The notes below the pieces were generated by a model. The model made no database searches. It was not told the origin of the DNA and saw only the letters and a program-made list of their open reading frames with translations. DNA of 37,375 nt from Octopus bimaculoides (lineage: Eukaryota). Made by a program: the position numbers and the translations under genes. The first letter of the stretch is position 1. Every line of letters starts with the position of its first letter. Of the stretch, positions 1-11,430 are shown in pieces. The DNA lies in the NCBI RefSeq assembly GCF_001194135.2, contig NC_068985.1, forward strand, positions 4,465,878 through 4,503,252, in the 5' to 3' direction.

Positions 1-66
<66 letters not shown>
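1..66. repeat. (TG)n microsatellite, truncated by window start
   Basis: Pure TG run. Confidence 0.98.
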
Positions 67-68
<2 letters not shown>

Positions 69-1048
69 TATCGTCAACATATTATGCCTTGCCAACTGTA
101 TTACCAATCGAACAATGATATCGATGCCAACATTTACAGTTTCCTATAAAACCTAAAATTAAAATACTTTCTTCTAATTTACCTATACAGTTTATTATTT
201 TTAACATTTCCTGATTATTCATCCGAATTAATTTATTTAATTATATTTAGTATCGTTGTATCTTTTCGAATCACATCATAACACTCCGCTTAGATTTTAG
301 AGCAAATTACGTTTTAGAGCTAATTACGTGCAATACTTAAAAATTGATCGCCAAACACTAACAAACACACGGCACAGGTTTTCTTTTCTTTTACGCACAA
401 AAATGAGAAAACTATCTACAAAGCAGAGACTCGGTAGATATGTTTCATGTTCATTCTAATTATGAAGCAAAGGCATTTTGCTAAATATCTCACTTCATCA
501 GAATTATACGAAAGAAAGGCTAAGATCAAAGAAATTTGATAATGAAACCAGCAGATCTCTTTATGGACAGTATTGATTTTTAACGTAGGCATTCTGCCAC
601 ATATTTTGAAGGAAGGGGTACAATCGCTTACATCAACTCTTGTACTTGGTGGGTTCTTTATTTTATTGACTGCAGAATAATAGATGAAAGACACAGTTCA
701 TATGGCTGGAATTTCAATTCAGATGGTAAAGCGCTCTACGATTATGGCAGTTCAGTGCTCTGTGCTTGGGTTAAAACTGCAATAAAAATAAACGAGTGTG
801 GTTGACTAATTCGAATTCCAAGTCTATGTAGAGAGGGAAATAGCAAAAAGAGAAATAGGACCTTCTCTACTGGAAATTATTTCGATAGAAGTTTACGACT
901 CTACAACGATGTTTACTATGAGTCTATGTCCCATTGAATATGTGAAATTTATCGCTACACTATTTCTCCTTCCGCCAGCCTTTTCATTTCTCCTTCTTCT
1001 TCCTCTCTCTCTTCCCTCTCTGTCTCTCTCTCTATATATGTGTGTGTG

Positions 1049-1079
<31 letters not shown>

Positions 1080-1266
1080 TTGTATGTGTATACCTAGTGA
1101 CAATCTGATCTTTTGCTTGTGAGTACATGTGTATGTAATACATGGTTATTACATGTGTATGAATTCTTCTAATACATTCTAATACATTGGAATAAATAGA
1201 CATACTAGAATGTCTACCGGCTGCTGTATGTCGTTTTTGTATCCTCTCCATTTTCTTATTTGCCAT

Positions 1267-1286
1267 ATATATATACATACACGCAG

Positions 1287-1335
<49 letters not shown>

Positions 1336-1531
1336 NNNNNNNNNNNNNNNNNNNNNNNNNNNNNNNNNNNNNNNNNNNNNNNNNNNNNNNNNNNNNNNNN
1401 NNNNNNNNNNNNNNNNNNNNNNNNNNNNNNNNNNNNNNNNNNNNNAGATACATACATACATACATACATACATACATACATACATACATAGACAGACAGA
1501 TAGACAGATAGACAGACAGACTGATAGATAG

Positions 1532-1592
<61 letters not shown>
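1267..1592. repeat. Compound microsatellite (TA)/(CA)/(TA)-gap-(TACA)/(GACA/GATA)/(TG)
   Basis: Direct reading; N-gap at 1336-1446 lies inside. Confidence 0.95.
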
Positions 1593-1594
<2 letters not shown>

Positions 1595-1596
<2 letters not shown>

Positions 1597-1760
1597 GGCA
1601 CATGACTTAGTGGTTAGAGTGTTACACTCACGATCCTGTTTCGGTTTCCTGGAGCAAGCGACGCGTTGTTCTTGAGGAAAAAACTTGGTTTCCCGTTGCT
1701 CCAGTCCACTTAGCTGTAAGTAGGTGAACCCTACGATAGACTGGCCTTATGATCAGGGAG
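1595..1760 (+). mobile_element. tRNA-derived SINE, CORE-like family D, degenerate copy
   Basis: A-box-like TGACTTAGTGGTTAG. The segment GTTCTTGAGGAAAAAACTT...GTTGCTCCAGTCCACTTAGCTGTA matches 36058-36110 (GTTCTTGAACAAGTCACTT...GTTGCCCAATTCACTCAGCTGTA), which resembles the CORE-SINE domain. Confidence 0.6.
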
Positions 1761-1769
1761 GGGATGAAT

Positions 1770-2035
1770 GTTGGCCTGTTCGTCTGGCCAGCGGGGTTAC
1801 GACATTTGAAAGCTAAAACGATGCTGAACAGTATTGCAGGGGCACAAAGAAAAAACACAAACTGCACAAGTCCAGAGCCAATTACTTGCCTCCAGTTCCA
1901 GCAGACTTCCAGGGCCTGACCTGTGGAAAAGCCTTCCGAGTATACATCGGACTGATCGGCCACAGCCGGACATACCGTGCTCCGTCTTCTTCTCGCACGT
2001 GATATCCTTGATCATCGTCGACAACGACAGACATG
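1770..2035 (+). mobile_element. RTE-clade LINE 3' end (decayed C-terminal zinc-finger region and 3' UTR)
   Basis: Frame from 1781 reads RLASGVTTFES*...KKKHKLHKSRAN...FQGLTCGKAFRVYIGLIGHSRTYR, stop at 2000-2002. This matches the RTE C-terminal pattern GA..FE...R..RK.R...C..C.R.F...IGL.SH.RTH. It is followed by an RTE-like 3' end ATCATCGTCGACAACGACAGAC. Confidence 0.75.
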
Positions 2036-2164
2036 TTTTTATATAATATTTGTTGCAGCTGTTTGTCCTTCGTTGTCTGTGTGAAGAAGAAAGGACAGAG
2101 AGAGAGAATCGAAGAATGAGTCAAGGAAAAGGCGAATTTGAGGTAATAATTTCAATATACATCT

Positions 2165-2398
2165 TTCTTTCTAATTTAGGTACAAGGCCAGCAATTTATT
2201 TGTTCTTTGGTGGATTTTGCGAGTCAGTCAATTACATCGACCACGTTACTCGACTGTTATTTTATCGACTCGAAAAAGAAAGGATGAAAGACTAAGTCGA
2301 CCTCGGCGTCGTTTGAACTCGGAACATAATGAACCGGAAGAAATGCTGCTTGGCATTTTGTCCGATGTGGTAACGATTCTGCCAGCTCGCTGTCTTAG
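2165..2398 (-). mobile_element. tRNA-derived SINE family A
   Basis: Reverse complement has head GAGCTGGCAGAATCGTTA, B-box GTTCAAA and a degenerate version of the CTTTCATCCTTTCGGGGTCGATAAA body shared by ~10 copies in the window. Confidence 0.85.
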
Positions 2399-3869
2399 TT
2401 TCAATATAAATCTTGAATACAATAACAATGTTATCTCTTTTGAAATATATGTTTAATATATATAATATTTAATTAGGTACGTTTATACATTTTTAATTCG
2501 TTTTTCTCTTATCTTTGCCTACGAATTACTGTTTCATTAGAAATGAAAATTGTAAATATCTTTGCTTATCTATTCACTAAGTATTTTAGTGACGACAGTC
2601 ACTATCACTGAGTTGGAGAGGCAGACAATACAGAAAGAGTAAGGGAGTTGGAACTGCAAACGATACGGCAAGTGAGAGAGTAAGAGTTTTAGGTATTAGT
2701 AAATGAAAGAGTAGGAGCAGACGACAAATATCGTACAGATTTTTATGATAGAAATACTGACTTTTCTATCATTAATAAAAGTATTGAAAACGAACGTCGG
2801 CAGTAAAAGTCTGTATGCAAAAAGTTTATTATGCAAATATTTACTTTACACTATCGAACTTAAATATGAATACAGATCGCTTCTGTGATAAAAAAGATAT
2901 GTAAAAACTTTTAAGCAATAATTTTTAAATAATTATAATTATTACGAATTTTATTGCTTTCTTATAAAATTATAACATGAAAACTACTAATTTTATTTAA
3001 ACTGATTGCTACAGCAATCTAAATTGTTTGAATCTGCAATTTGCTAAACAATTTAAGAATTTGTGATCATATGAAGAATTAATGACAAGTAAAGAATTTT
3101 AGATAAATAGTTGATGTGCTTAGAGTTTTTATCGAAAAGTTGATGCCATTCCTATGTTCTGAGCATTTAACTTAAGCTTAGGTAAACATTTTGTATTTTT
3201 TTTTTTTGTGCAATATTTTCTCCACTCTACATTATCAGATTATCACAGTTTTATTACAATTAATGGTTAAACGGCACTATTATTATTGATAACATATCTC
3301 TTGCATATTTACAAATGAAAAGTTTGTTTTATTTATTCTTTACTCAATAAATCTTACTATTTTCAAAATTACAAAAAATTTCATTTTATTTTGTATAAAC
3401 AATATAAATTTTAAAAGAAGTGAAATTATATTCACTGTACTTATGTCGCTTTAATTGATATTACCCACGGTAGCAAAAATATATTCCCAGCATGAAAAGA
3501 CTTTGATATGAATGGTAACACCTTCCTAAACATCGCATTATTGGTTGATTGATCATGATAAACACCTTTACAACTCTCTTATATTAGAATTGATGTTTTA
3601 TGTTTGTGATTAATTGATAGCTAAGTTCTATTATTCGTTTTATTTAATTTTGACGCTTTTTTATTCGAAGATTAGTATTCATTTCATTGTTTTGTATATG
3701 CACGATAAAACGTAAAAGATAACAAAATTCTACATACGTTTTCACACGTCTATATGTATACATCATTCATAGGTCCCTGATATTAAATAGTGTTACCATT
3801 TACACTTTGAAAATTAGTAACTCCAGTTTTCTGTAGCTACTCGAATCGTTGAGTATATAGAAAAGATTG

Positions 3870-4715
3870 TTTACTTGTTTCGTTTGGATTGGTCAGTGTT
3901 GTGGCGGACGCCCCCAGGCGAGAAGTAGTCTAATCCACTACTAGTAAATAGTGGACTGACACAGTCAGTAGATTCGGCCCGCGAAGAATTTTTTGTTGTT
4001 AAATCTTTTGATTCCGGTCGACGTGAGTTATATTGAGTTGTATTGAGTTGAAGGATCTCCCGCGAGGGTGAACCTAAGATTTGAATAGTTAAATTTGTTA
4101 AGTACTGTTTTTACCTGCGGGGCTGTGATTTTGTGTTTGTGTTCTTCTCCATTTTGGGGCGAAGTGAAAAGGAAAAAAAGTGATAATGGATTGCGAACCA
4201 GTTCCAGCACATGCCGGGAATTACGCTTCAGCGGCTGGAAAAGGTGCAACTGCAGATGCACTAGAGGTGCGAGAGGTTAAAATAGAGCAGAAAAAGCTGA
4301 AAGAATATAATAGGCTGATTCAGAAGGAAGGAGCCAGTTTAAGGCTGACCCCGCCAGAAGAAGTGACAGCCAGCACAGCAAAACGAACAGTGGTTTACAG
4401 AACACTGTCTGCAACAACTAAGAAAATTGAAATAGCCACAGTGGAGGCGATAGAAGAATGTCTTAAGGAGATAAAAAAAAACCTGACAACATTCTACACA
4501 AGAGGAGGAAAATACGGCACAGTGGAGGTGAGGTTCGCCAACGAGCAAGAGGCGATAAATCACTCCACTGTGACGCTCAGGACGCAAGAGTCGGTCCTCC
4601 TGCCAACGTACTGCGGCAAAAGGGTCGCTAGAGTGAGAATAGGCAGAGTACCCCTGAAAACAAGGAAGCGTGGCTGGTGGCAGCCGTGATGCATAAAATC
4701 ATGGAACATATCAGT
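3870..4715 (+). mobile_element. 5' portion of an L1/Tx1-like non-LTR retrotransposon: putative 5' UTR plus frameshifted, truncated ORF1
   Basis: The 169-aa ORF 4180-4689 is the most protein-like ORF in the window. YGTVEVRFANEQEA...LLPTYCGKRVARVRIGRVP resembles the RRM-like region of non-LTR ORF1 proteins. A frameshift near 4653 continues as PENKEAWLVAAVMHKIME, then similarity ends. No ORF2 follows. Family call is by recalled motif only. Confidence 0.6.
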
Positions 4716-4844
4716 CAGATTGTTGTAAACGCTTCTGATGATTAAAAATTCGATTAAGAGTGTTCTTTAGATCTGCGGAGGAACAGCTTCATTTAGGTAT
4801 CTGCTATATAGGTTACATCTATAAAACATACACAACATATTTAT

Positions 4845-4883
4845 GTATACATACATACATACATACATACATACATACATACA

Positions 4884-4919
<36 letters not shown>

Positions 4920-5250
4920 TATATATACATATTACATACATATAAGAGGGATATGTATGTAATATAATTTTTCTGAATCTTCAGATTTTTTCAATTTGCT
5001 AAGCCACTAGTTTCAAATTGATATTAATCAAATTAATATTCAATTTTTCACCCTTACGATTTAAATTTATATATATATATATATATATATANNNNNNNNN
5101 NNNNNNNNNNNNNNNNNNNNNNNNNNNNNNNNNNNNNNNNNNNNNNNNNNNNNNNNNNNNNNNNNNNNNNNNNNNNNNNNNNNNNNNNNNNNNNNNNNNN
5201 NNNNNNNNNNNNNNNNNNNNNNNNNNNNNNNNNNNNNNNNTATATATATA
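4845..5250. repeat. (TACA)n and (TA)n microsatellites with assembly gap 5092-5240
   Basis: Direct reading. Confidence 0.9.
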
Positions 5251-5444
5251 TGGCACATGGAAGTAAGTTCTATGTAGACGGATGTATTTATATGTTAGTG
5301 TTTTTTCTTCATGTTGGTTGTCCTCCTTTTCTTGTTGAAGTTGAACAGACTGAGCTGAATAAGTCTGGAATCCCAATGTTTCTTCTAAGAAAGCCACAGA
5401 AGTCGACTTGTAAATTAACAGTGCATCTGGTTGTATGGCTATGA

Positions 5445-5830
5445 GCGTATGTGAATGTATGTGTATACGTGTGTGCTGGTGTGAAGGTGAATATATATGA
5501 GGATATATAAACAAATGTGTTTGAAAACATGTGTATACGGGTGTGTGTGCCTGAGTGAAAATATCTGTGTATGATATGCAGTGTAGTGTGTGTGTATAAT
5601 GTAGTGCATGTGTGTGTGTGATGTAGTATGCGCATATTTCAGGAAAAGTGTGTGTGTGAGAGTTGTGAAAGTTTGTGTGTGTCTATATGTGTGCCGAGTG
5701 TAGTGAAAGTGCGCATGTGTCATCACATGTAGCTGTATGTGTGCACGTGTTTAGTGTAGTATGTGTATGTATCTGCCACAAGATATACGTGCGAGTGTAT
5801 CAGTGTGTCTGCGTGTATCTATGTGTTAGA
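5445..5830. repeat. Degenerate TG-rich low-complexity tract
   Basis: Decayed (TG)/(TATG) runs throughout. Confidence 0.8.
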
Positions 5831-6129
5831 AATGAGGAGCTGTGAAGTTGCGGAGGTGAACAACTTAATATGGTAGATTAATGTATTTGAGGAAGCTCGA
5901 AGTTAATTGAAACGGAAAAGAAATAAATCAATTGTTTCTCAATTAATATAAGAATATATAAGAGTGCAAGTGTGTTTCTAGGTTTATATAAGACTATATA
6001 TATGCTTATAGTTGTGTATAGTCGTATATAAGTATGGGTGTATACATGTGTGTTTGTATACATGTATATTTTGGCTTCCATATCTGTCTATATTAACGTG
6101 TTTGTGTTATTTTTCTCTGTTCGTATCTA

Positions 6130-7300
6130 TTTGAAGAATTTTATCCGAACTGCGATATTCCAAATATTTGTTTGTGTCTTTGATATACAGAATGGTATTT
6201 CACAGGGCGTCCTAAGATCCAGGAGCCTCATACTTTTGACATTGTTGTCTTTGTACTTCAGAATAATATTTCCTTCGCCCTGTAGCACTCCATCCATGAT
6301 GACCCAATTGTATTCGAGTACATTGAAACGGCGCTTATGCTTCCCGGAGAATCTCTTATATGCATTCTGAAATTCCAATTTAGTCCAAATCATACTTCAA
6401 CCCCTGACATAGCTGTTCTTTTGCAAAGACCAACTTTTGAAAATCAAGTCAAACTTTATACTTGCGGCGATGGTATTTCTATAAGAAGCCTGTCTCCAGT
6501 AAAGAAATCGGAGCTCTTCATTGGATAGCAAAATTCTTTTGGGAGAATTGCTCTCGTCAGCAGGAACCGCCTTCTATTATACTAACACCATAACTGGCCA
6601 TTTTGGAATATGGAGTCGTAGAATTTAATGTCCTGATCTCTGAGTAGTAGCAACAAGAAGCTGTATCTTATCGGTTCTGATGGATTGGCAAATACTTGTA
6701 GAATACTTTGTCATTGGTTTATTATATTTCTTGCTTCCATTTCTTCCCCATAAATTTCGAGCATGGTGCCAACTGAAACTATTTTTGAGAGTCATAGACA
6801 CAATTAGGTTCATAACTAAAGACAGGTCTCTTCCACGGCTCATGGGTGTCGCTGAGATCAAGCCTCAACCAGTATTCCCCATCTTTGACCTTTCTATCTG
6901 GCGTCGCATAATTGTATACTACCATGGTGTGTCTACGGGCAACCTGTTTTGCAGCCGTTTTTGATTAAAAGTGGGCTAATCATTCATCAAGAGTCATAAT
7001 TGTCTAATGGCTGGTCAGTCTAAAATCATTCTGTTGAAGGCGAACCTCGCATTTCTCAGTTACTTTCAGTTTTCTGTGTCCGATCGTATTCTGTTCATGG
7101 CAAGCATCATAGGCCAAGTTTATTATGAGCTGTATTCCTAACAGCATTTGCTTGAATTTTGTTGTTGCTCATCTTTTTCCTGGTGTCCTGAGACTACGTT
7201 TGCATTTGGCAGCAAAGAGTGTCAAAGTTCAGAACCTCTTTTTCTGAGACATTATTGATGGAAACATCATTTATACCCAACCACACATAAAAAGAAGAGC
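6130..7300 (-). mobile_element. Heavily decayed RTE/RTE-X-like LINE reverse-transcriptase fragment
   Basis: Minus-strand remnants in the correct order across frameshifts: LDLSDTHEPWK (~GLD.IPPEVWK, ~6840), SKKYNKPM (~AKIYNKML, ~6720), QNG...IIEG (~6600-6570) and GVLQG (~6280). Confidence 0.5.
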
Positions 7301-7639
7301 TACCTTTGATTGTAACCGTAATTTGAACTTACACCCATAAAACTTTATTTCTGCAGTATTGTTATAGATTCGGGGCTGGTATGTCGCGTCAGCTACTAAA
7401 ATGACGAAAGAGTTGATTTCAATTAATTAAAGCAAGGAGTCAAAGATTATGGGTACCAGTTTGAATTGCAACATCGACAAATGTTGCTTTCCCTTTTAGA
7501 ACAATTCGACAGAGAAATAAAAGCGTAGCTTTAAATTGAAGACAAATTAAATAGAATTTTAAATAGAAATGCAAATGTAAAGTAAAGGCGAGATACAAAT
7601 TATTTGGCAAATGCGAGTACTGACTGTCCAATTGAAACG

Positions 7640-8130
7640 GTGGCGAGCGAGCGAAAGATGAGGGGAAATGAAGGATAGAAAATGGAGAGAACGGGAGTAC
7701 AGAGGGTCAAAGAGAAAACAATATCAAAGAATAGGACAGAGAAAGAAGCAGATGAGATGAAGGAAGAATTTGTACAAGTGATGGGGATAGGAGGAAGTAA
7801 AAGACAACGGTAAAGGTGAAAGAAAGATGCAAGTAAAATGATGTGATAGTAGCAAAGTGAGGATGAGAGAGGAAACGAGAAGAAAAGATGAAAAAAGAGA
7901 AAGAGGAATTATATAGCCGTTGAGAATGATAGGAAAAGAAGGAAAAGGCTGGAAGAGGAAACGCTGTCAATGAGGTGGAAAGAAGAGGTAGAGAAATAAA
8001 ATACAGAGATTCAGTACTGTGGTGGCAGGGGCGAAGCGACGATAGCTACATACAAAAGAGAAGGAAGACATGAGAAAGGGATGGTGGGGGCAGGAAGAAA
8101 TGCTTAAAGCATTTATATGTGTATGAGAAG
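7640..8130. repeat. Purine-rich (GA-rich) low-complexity tract, followed by (CA)n at 8146-8184
   Basis: Plus strand is almost entirely A/G. Confidence 0.8.
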
Positions 8131-8142
8131 AGAAGCAGACGA

Positions 8143-8188
<46 letters not shown>

Positions 8189-8465
8189 TCTGAAATATAT
8201 ATTGGATTAAAATTAGAGTAAATTACAATGCATGAGTTGATAAAGCAGTGAATAAAATATTTATGGCTTGTGATAGATTGGGTAACGAGGCCCCGGATAC
8301 ACTGAGACTGGGAAAATGATGCGATTTACAAAGTGTGGACGTCTTTATCATAGATTTTTACTCGATCAGAGCTAACCTGTGGCTAAACAAAAGCGACAAT
8401 AACAAATACTACTACAACAGAAGGTTTTTTGGGGTGATGAATTCCAAGATACACTATGCCTGTAA

Positions 8466-8678
8466 AGAAGAGCTGGCATCAACGTTAGCACGCCGGGCGA
8501 AATGCTTAGCGGTATTTCTTCTGTCTTTGTGTTCTGAGTTCAAATTCCGCCGAAGTCGACTGTGCATTTCATCCTCTCGGAGTCGATAAATTAAGTACCA
8601 GTTGCGTACTGTAGTCGATCTAATCCACTAGCCTCCTCCCCAAAACATTTTGGGCCTTGTGCCTAGAGTAGAAAAGAA
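8466..8678 (+). mobile_element. SINE family A (tail type 1)
   Basis: GAGCTGGCATCAACGTTAGCACGCCGGGCGAAATGCTTAGCGG...GAGTTCAAATTCCGCC...GTCGATAAATTAAGTACCAG...GGCCTTGTGCCTAGAGTAGAAAAG. Confidence 0.9.
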
Positions 8679-9029
8679 TATTTTAGACGGCAAACGATAA
8701 CAGCTAGATTGATAACTCAGGCATAAAGTCACCATCGGCTGCAGTGGTACATTTCCGGCACAAACACTCAAATGGTTATGCTTCAACAATAACCCAGCTG
8801 TAAGAGACACATTGCATTATGGTAAGCAGTAGGAGCACAGTCACATGGGTGACTGCTTCGTCAACCTGCAATGCTAAATGATCTTAGAAAAAAGGACAGG
8901 ATAGTCACGACTGGAACGCTTTGATCATAGTTCTGCTCAGTAAGAGCTGGTCTGAAGCAATCAAAACAACAAAATTACCTGTTTAAAATGTCCTACATAG
9001 AATTTATTTGGCAAGAAAAAGGCAAAATG

Positions 9030-9119
9030 TTTGGGTTCAGCCCGCTGCGTGGCACCTCGGATGTCTTCTATTATAACCTCGAGTGGATTTGGTAGATGGA
9101 AACTGAAAGAATCCCGTCG

Positions 9120-9151
<32 letters not shown>

Positions 9152-9358
9152 CGTGTGTGTGTGTGTGTATGTATTTGTGTGTTTGCATTTGTCCCTCCGC
9201 CATCGCTTGACAACTGATGTTGCTGTGTTTACGTCCCCGTTTCTTAGCGGTTCGGCAAAAGAGAGCGATAGAATAAGGATTAGGCTTACAAAGAATAAGT
9301 CCTGGGTCGATTTGTTGGACTAAAGGCAGTGCTCCAGCATGGCTGCATTCAAATAACT
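9030..9358 (+). mobile_element. SINE family B (internal TA/TG microsatellite), 5'-eroded
   Basis: GTGGATTTGGTAGATGGAAACTGAAAGAA-(TA)(TG)n-CATCGCTTGACAAC...GGTTCGGCAAAAGAG...GCTCCAGCATGGC; collinear with copies at 13956, 22970 and 32697. Confidence 0.9.
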
Positions 9359-9689
9359 CACCCGTCTTCAGTGACAGTTCTATTTTATCAGGATCGCTGA
9401 TGTTTCTGGGATGAAACATCAGCAACGCCATATTGATGCATATTTGTATAAGTTCAGTTTGTGACAGACAGGTGGCGTATACGTATAAGGTTACTCTAGC
9501 GGAATTTGCCGATAGTATTACAAAGTGAGTATGGATGCAAATGGGGCGGTAAATTTGAAGGTTTTGTTGGATAGGGTGCAGGAGGATTCCACAATGACAG
9601 TAGAGAGATCCAAGAGGTCCCTTTCGCAGGACTAAGAGGAAAAGCTTTAATTCAAAGGAGAAGATCTTTTCTCGCAGTGTCTTATGCAG

Positions 9690-9886
9690 GTAGTGCTTTT
9701 ATTATAGCCTGGACCGACCAAAGCCTCGTAAGTGAATTCGGTAGACGGAAACTGAAAGAAGCCCGTCGTGTATATATANNNNNNNNNNNNNNNNNNNNNN
9801 NNNNNNNNNNNNNNNNNNNNNNNNNNNNNNNNNNNNNNNNNNNNNNNNNNNNNNNNNNNNNNNNNNNNNNNNNNNNNNNNNNNNNN

Positions 9887-9927
<41 letters not shown>

Positions 9928-10170
9928 TTATATATATTTATATGCGTGTGTCTTTGTGTCTATGATTTCCCATCAGCATCGCTTGACAACCGGTGTTGAT
10001 GTGCTTACGCCTCCGTAAATTAGCGGTTCAGCAAAAGAGATCGACAGAATAAGTAGCAATCTTCAAAACTAAACAATAAGTGCTGGGGTCGATTCGTTCA
10101 ACTAAAATTCTTCAAGGAAATGCTCCTGCATGGCCGCAGTCTAACACCTGAAACAAGTAAAAGATAAAAG
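9690..10170 (+). mobile_element. SINE family B, 5'-truncated, with gap 9779-9886 in its microsatellite
   Basis: GACCGACCAAAGCCTCGTAAGTGAATTCGGTAGACGGAAACTGAAAGAAGCCCGTCG...GCATGGCCGCAGTC...GAAACAAGTAAAAG. Confidence 0.88.
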
Positions 10171-11059
10171 ACAAATGCATAATTGATGTCAATTTCATAA
10201 ATACTTGAAAGGAGAACATTTGGCCATGGTTTTATTTCCAAATTTGTCCGGTTCCGACTGGTTTGCAAGTTCGACACTTTGGAATATTCTGCTAATGAAA
10301 TCTCCGGCATAATTGTTGTGTTATTAAATCTATGCTGAGACATATTTGGAATATGTATCAAATTTACGGTGTAAGGGGAAACCAATTCCAAACAGCATTT
10401 GAATATTCTAGTCATGGCCGCACCATACACAGGTAACGCAAAAAAAAAATGTAGGCTTTACACGAATGAAAATGTTAAAATAATTCTAGCAAATAAATTA
10501 CAAAAACGAGAGAGAACGAAAGTATATTCTCAAGCAAGCAGCGGCTTCTCCGAACACACACACACACACACACACATATTTACAGAGATTGGGTGGTTAA
10601 TGGTTACAAAGTTAAAATTGTCGTCCTCAGGGACCGCTCTTTTAAAGATATCAACTTAATTTACCCAGACACAGAATCAATTAATTGGTTCTAGATTACT
10701 CTTTTAAATGTTTTGCTTTATTGTTTTTCATTTTACTTTTCATTACCCTTTATTCTTTTTAATTGATATTTCATTAATATTTTTTATCAATGATGCAACT
10801 AATCAGAATACATTAAAAATACAAAATGAAATATGTTCTATCTACAGACATTATATTTTGATACGTCTTAAATATCGTCTTAAATATAACTATTTTATAT
10901 TTAAAAACAATCTTGTTTTTATAAAGTTGTAGATTTTGTTACAATTTTATTTGTTGAACTTTCCGGTCCAGAGATGCTTACACCATCATCTTTCTCTGCT
11001 CTACTTTTGACCGACCCCCACCTTGAGTACTGTTGCCCTCAGTTGATTCGACCCTATAT

Positions 11060-11208
11060 CTCTTATCTTTTATTTGTTTCAGTCTTATTGGAGTTTGGTG
11101 ATGCTGGAGCACCGCATTGAAGAGTTTTTTTGTCCAATTAATCGACTCCAGCACTTACGTTTTTAATCTGGTACTTATTTTATCGCTCTCTTTTGCCGAA
11201 CCGCTAGT
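11060..11208 (-). mobile_element. SINE family B 3' part, inverted
   Basis: Reverse complement contains AGCGGTTCGGCAAAAGAGAGCGATAAAATAAGTACC...GCGGTGCTCCAGCAT...GACTGAAACAAATAAAAGA. Confidence 0.8.
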
Positions 11209-11209
11209 C

Positions 11210-11430
11210 TATTGGCCTTGTTCCAAAATCTGAAGCCAAAATGAAAAGGCGGCGAGCTGGCAAAATCGTTAGCAAGACGGGCAAAATGATTGGCGGCACC
11301 TCGACCGTCTTCGTTCTGAGCTCAAATTCCGCTAAAGTCGACTTTGCCTTTCATCCTTTCGGGGTCGATGAAATAAGTACCAGTTGAACATTAGGGTCGA
11401 TGTAATAGACTTACCCCCACTCCTGAATTC
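11210..11430 (+). mobile_element. SINE family A, preceded by an orphan family-A tail
   Basis: Head GGCGGCGAGCTGGCAAAATCGTTAG at ~11248 and body CTTTCATCCTTTCGGGGTCGATG. GGCCTTGTTCCAAAATCTGAAGCC at 11214-11237 matches the family-A 3' tail. Confidence 0.85.

Noticed and set aside
10300-10432. RHIWNMYQIYGVRGNQFQTAFEY, resembling the RT segment LW..L..YGV.G; also a CAG|GTAACG donor
   Set aside because: No flanking RT motifs and no good acceptor; cannot decide between LINE relic, exon and chance.
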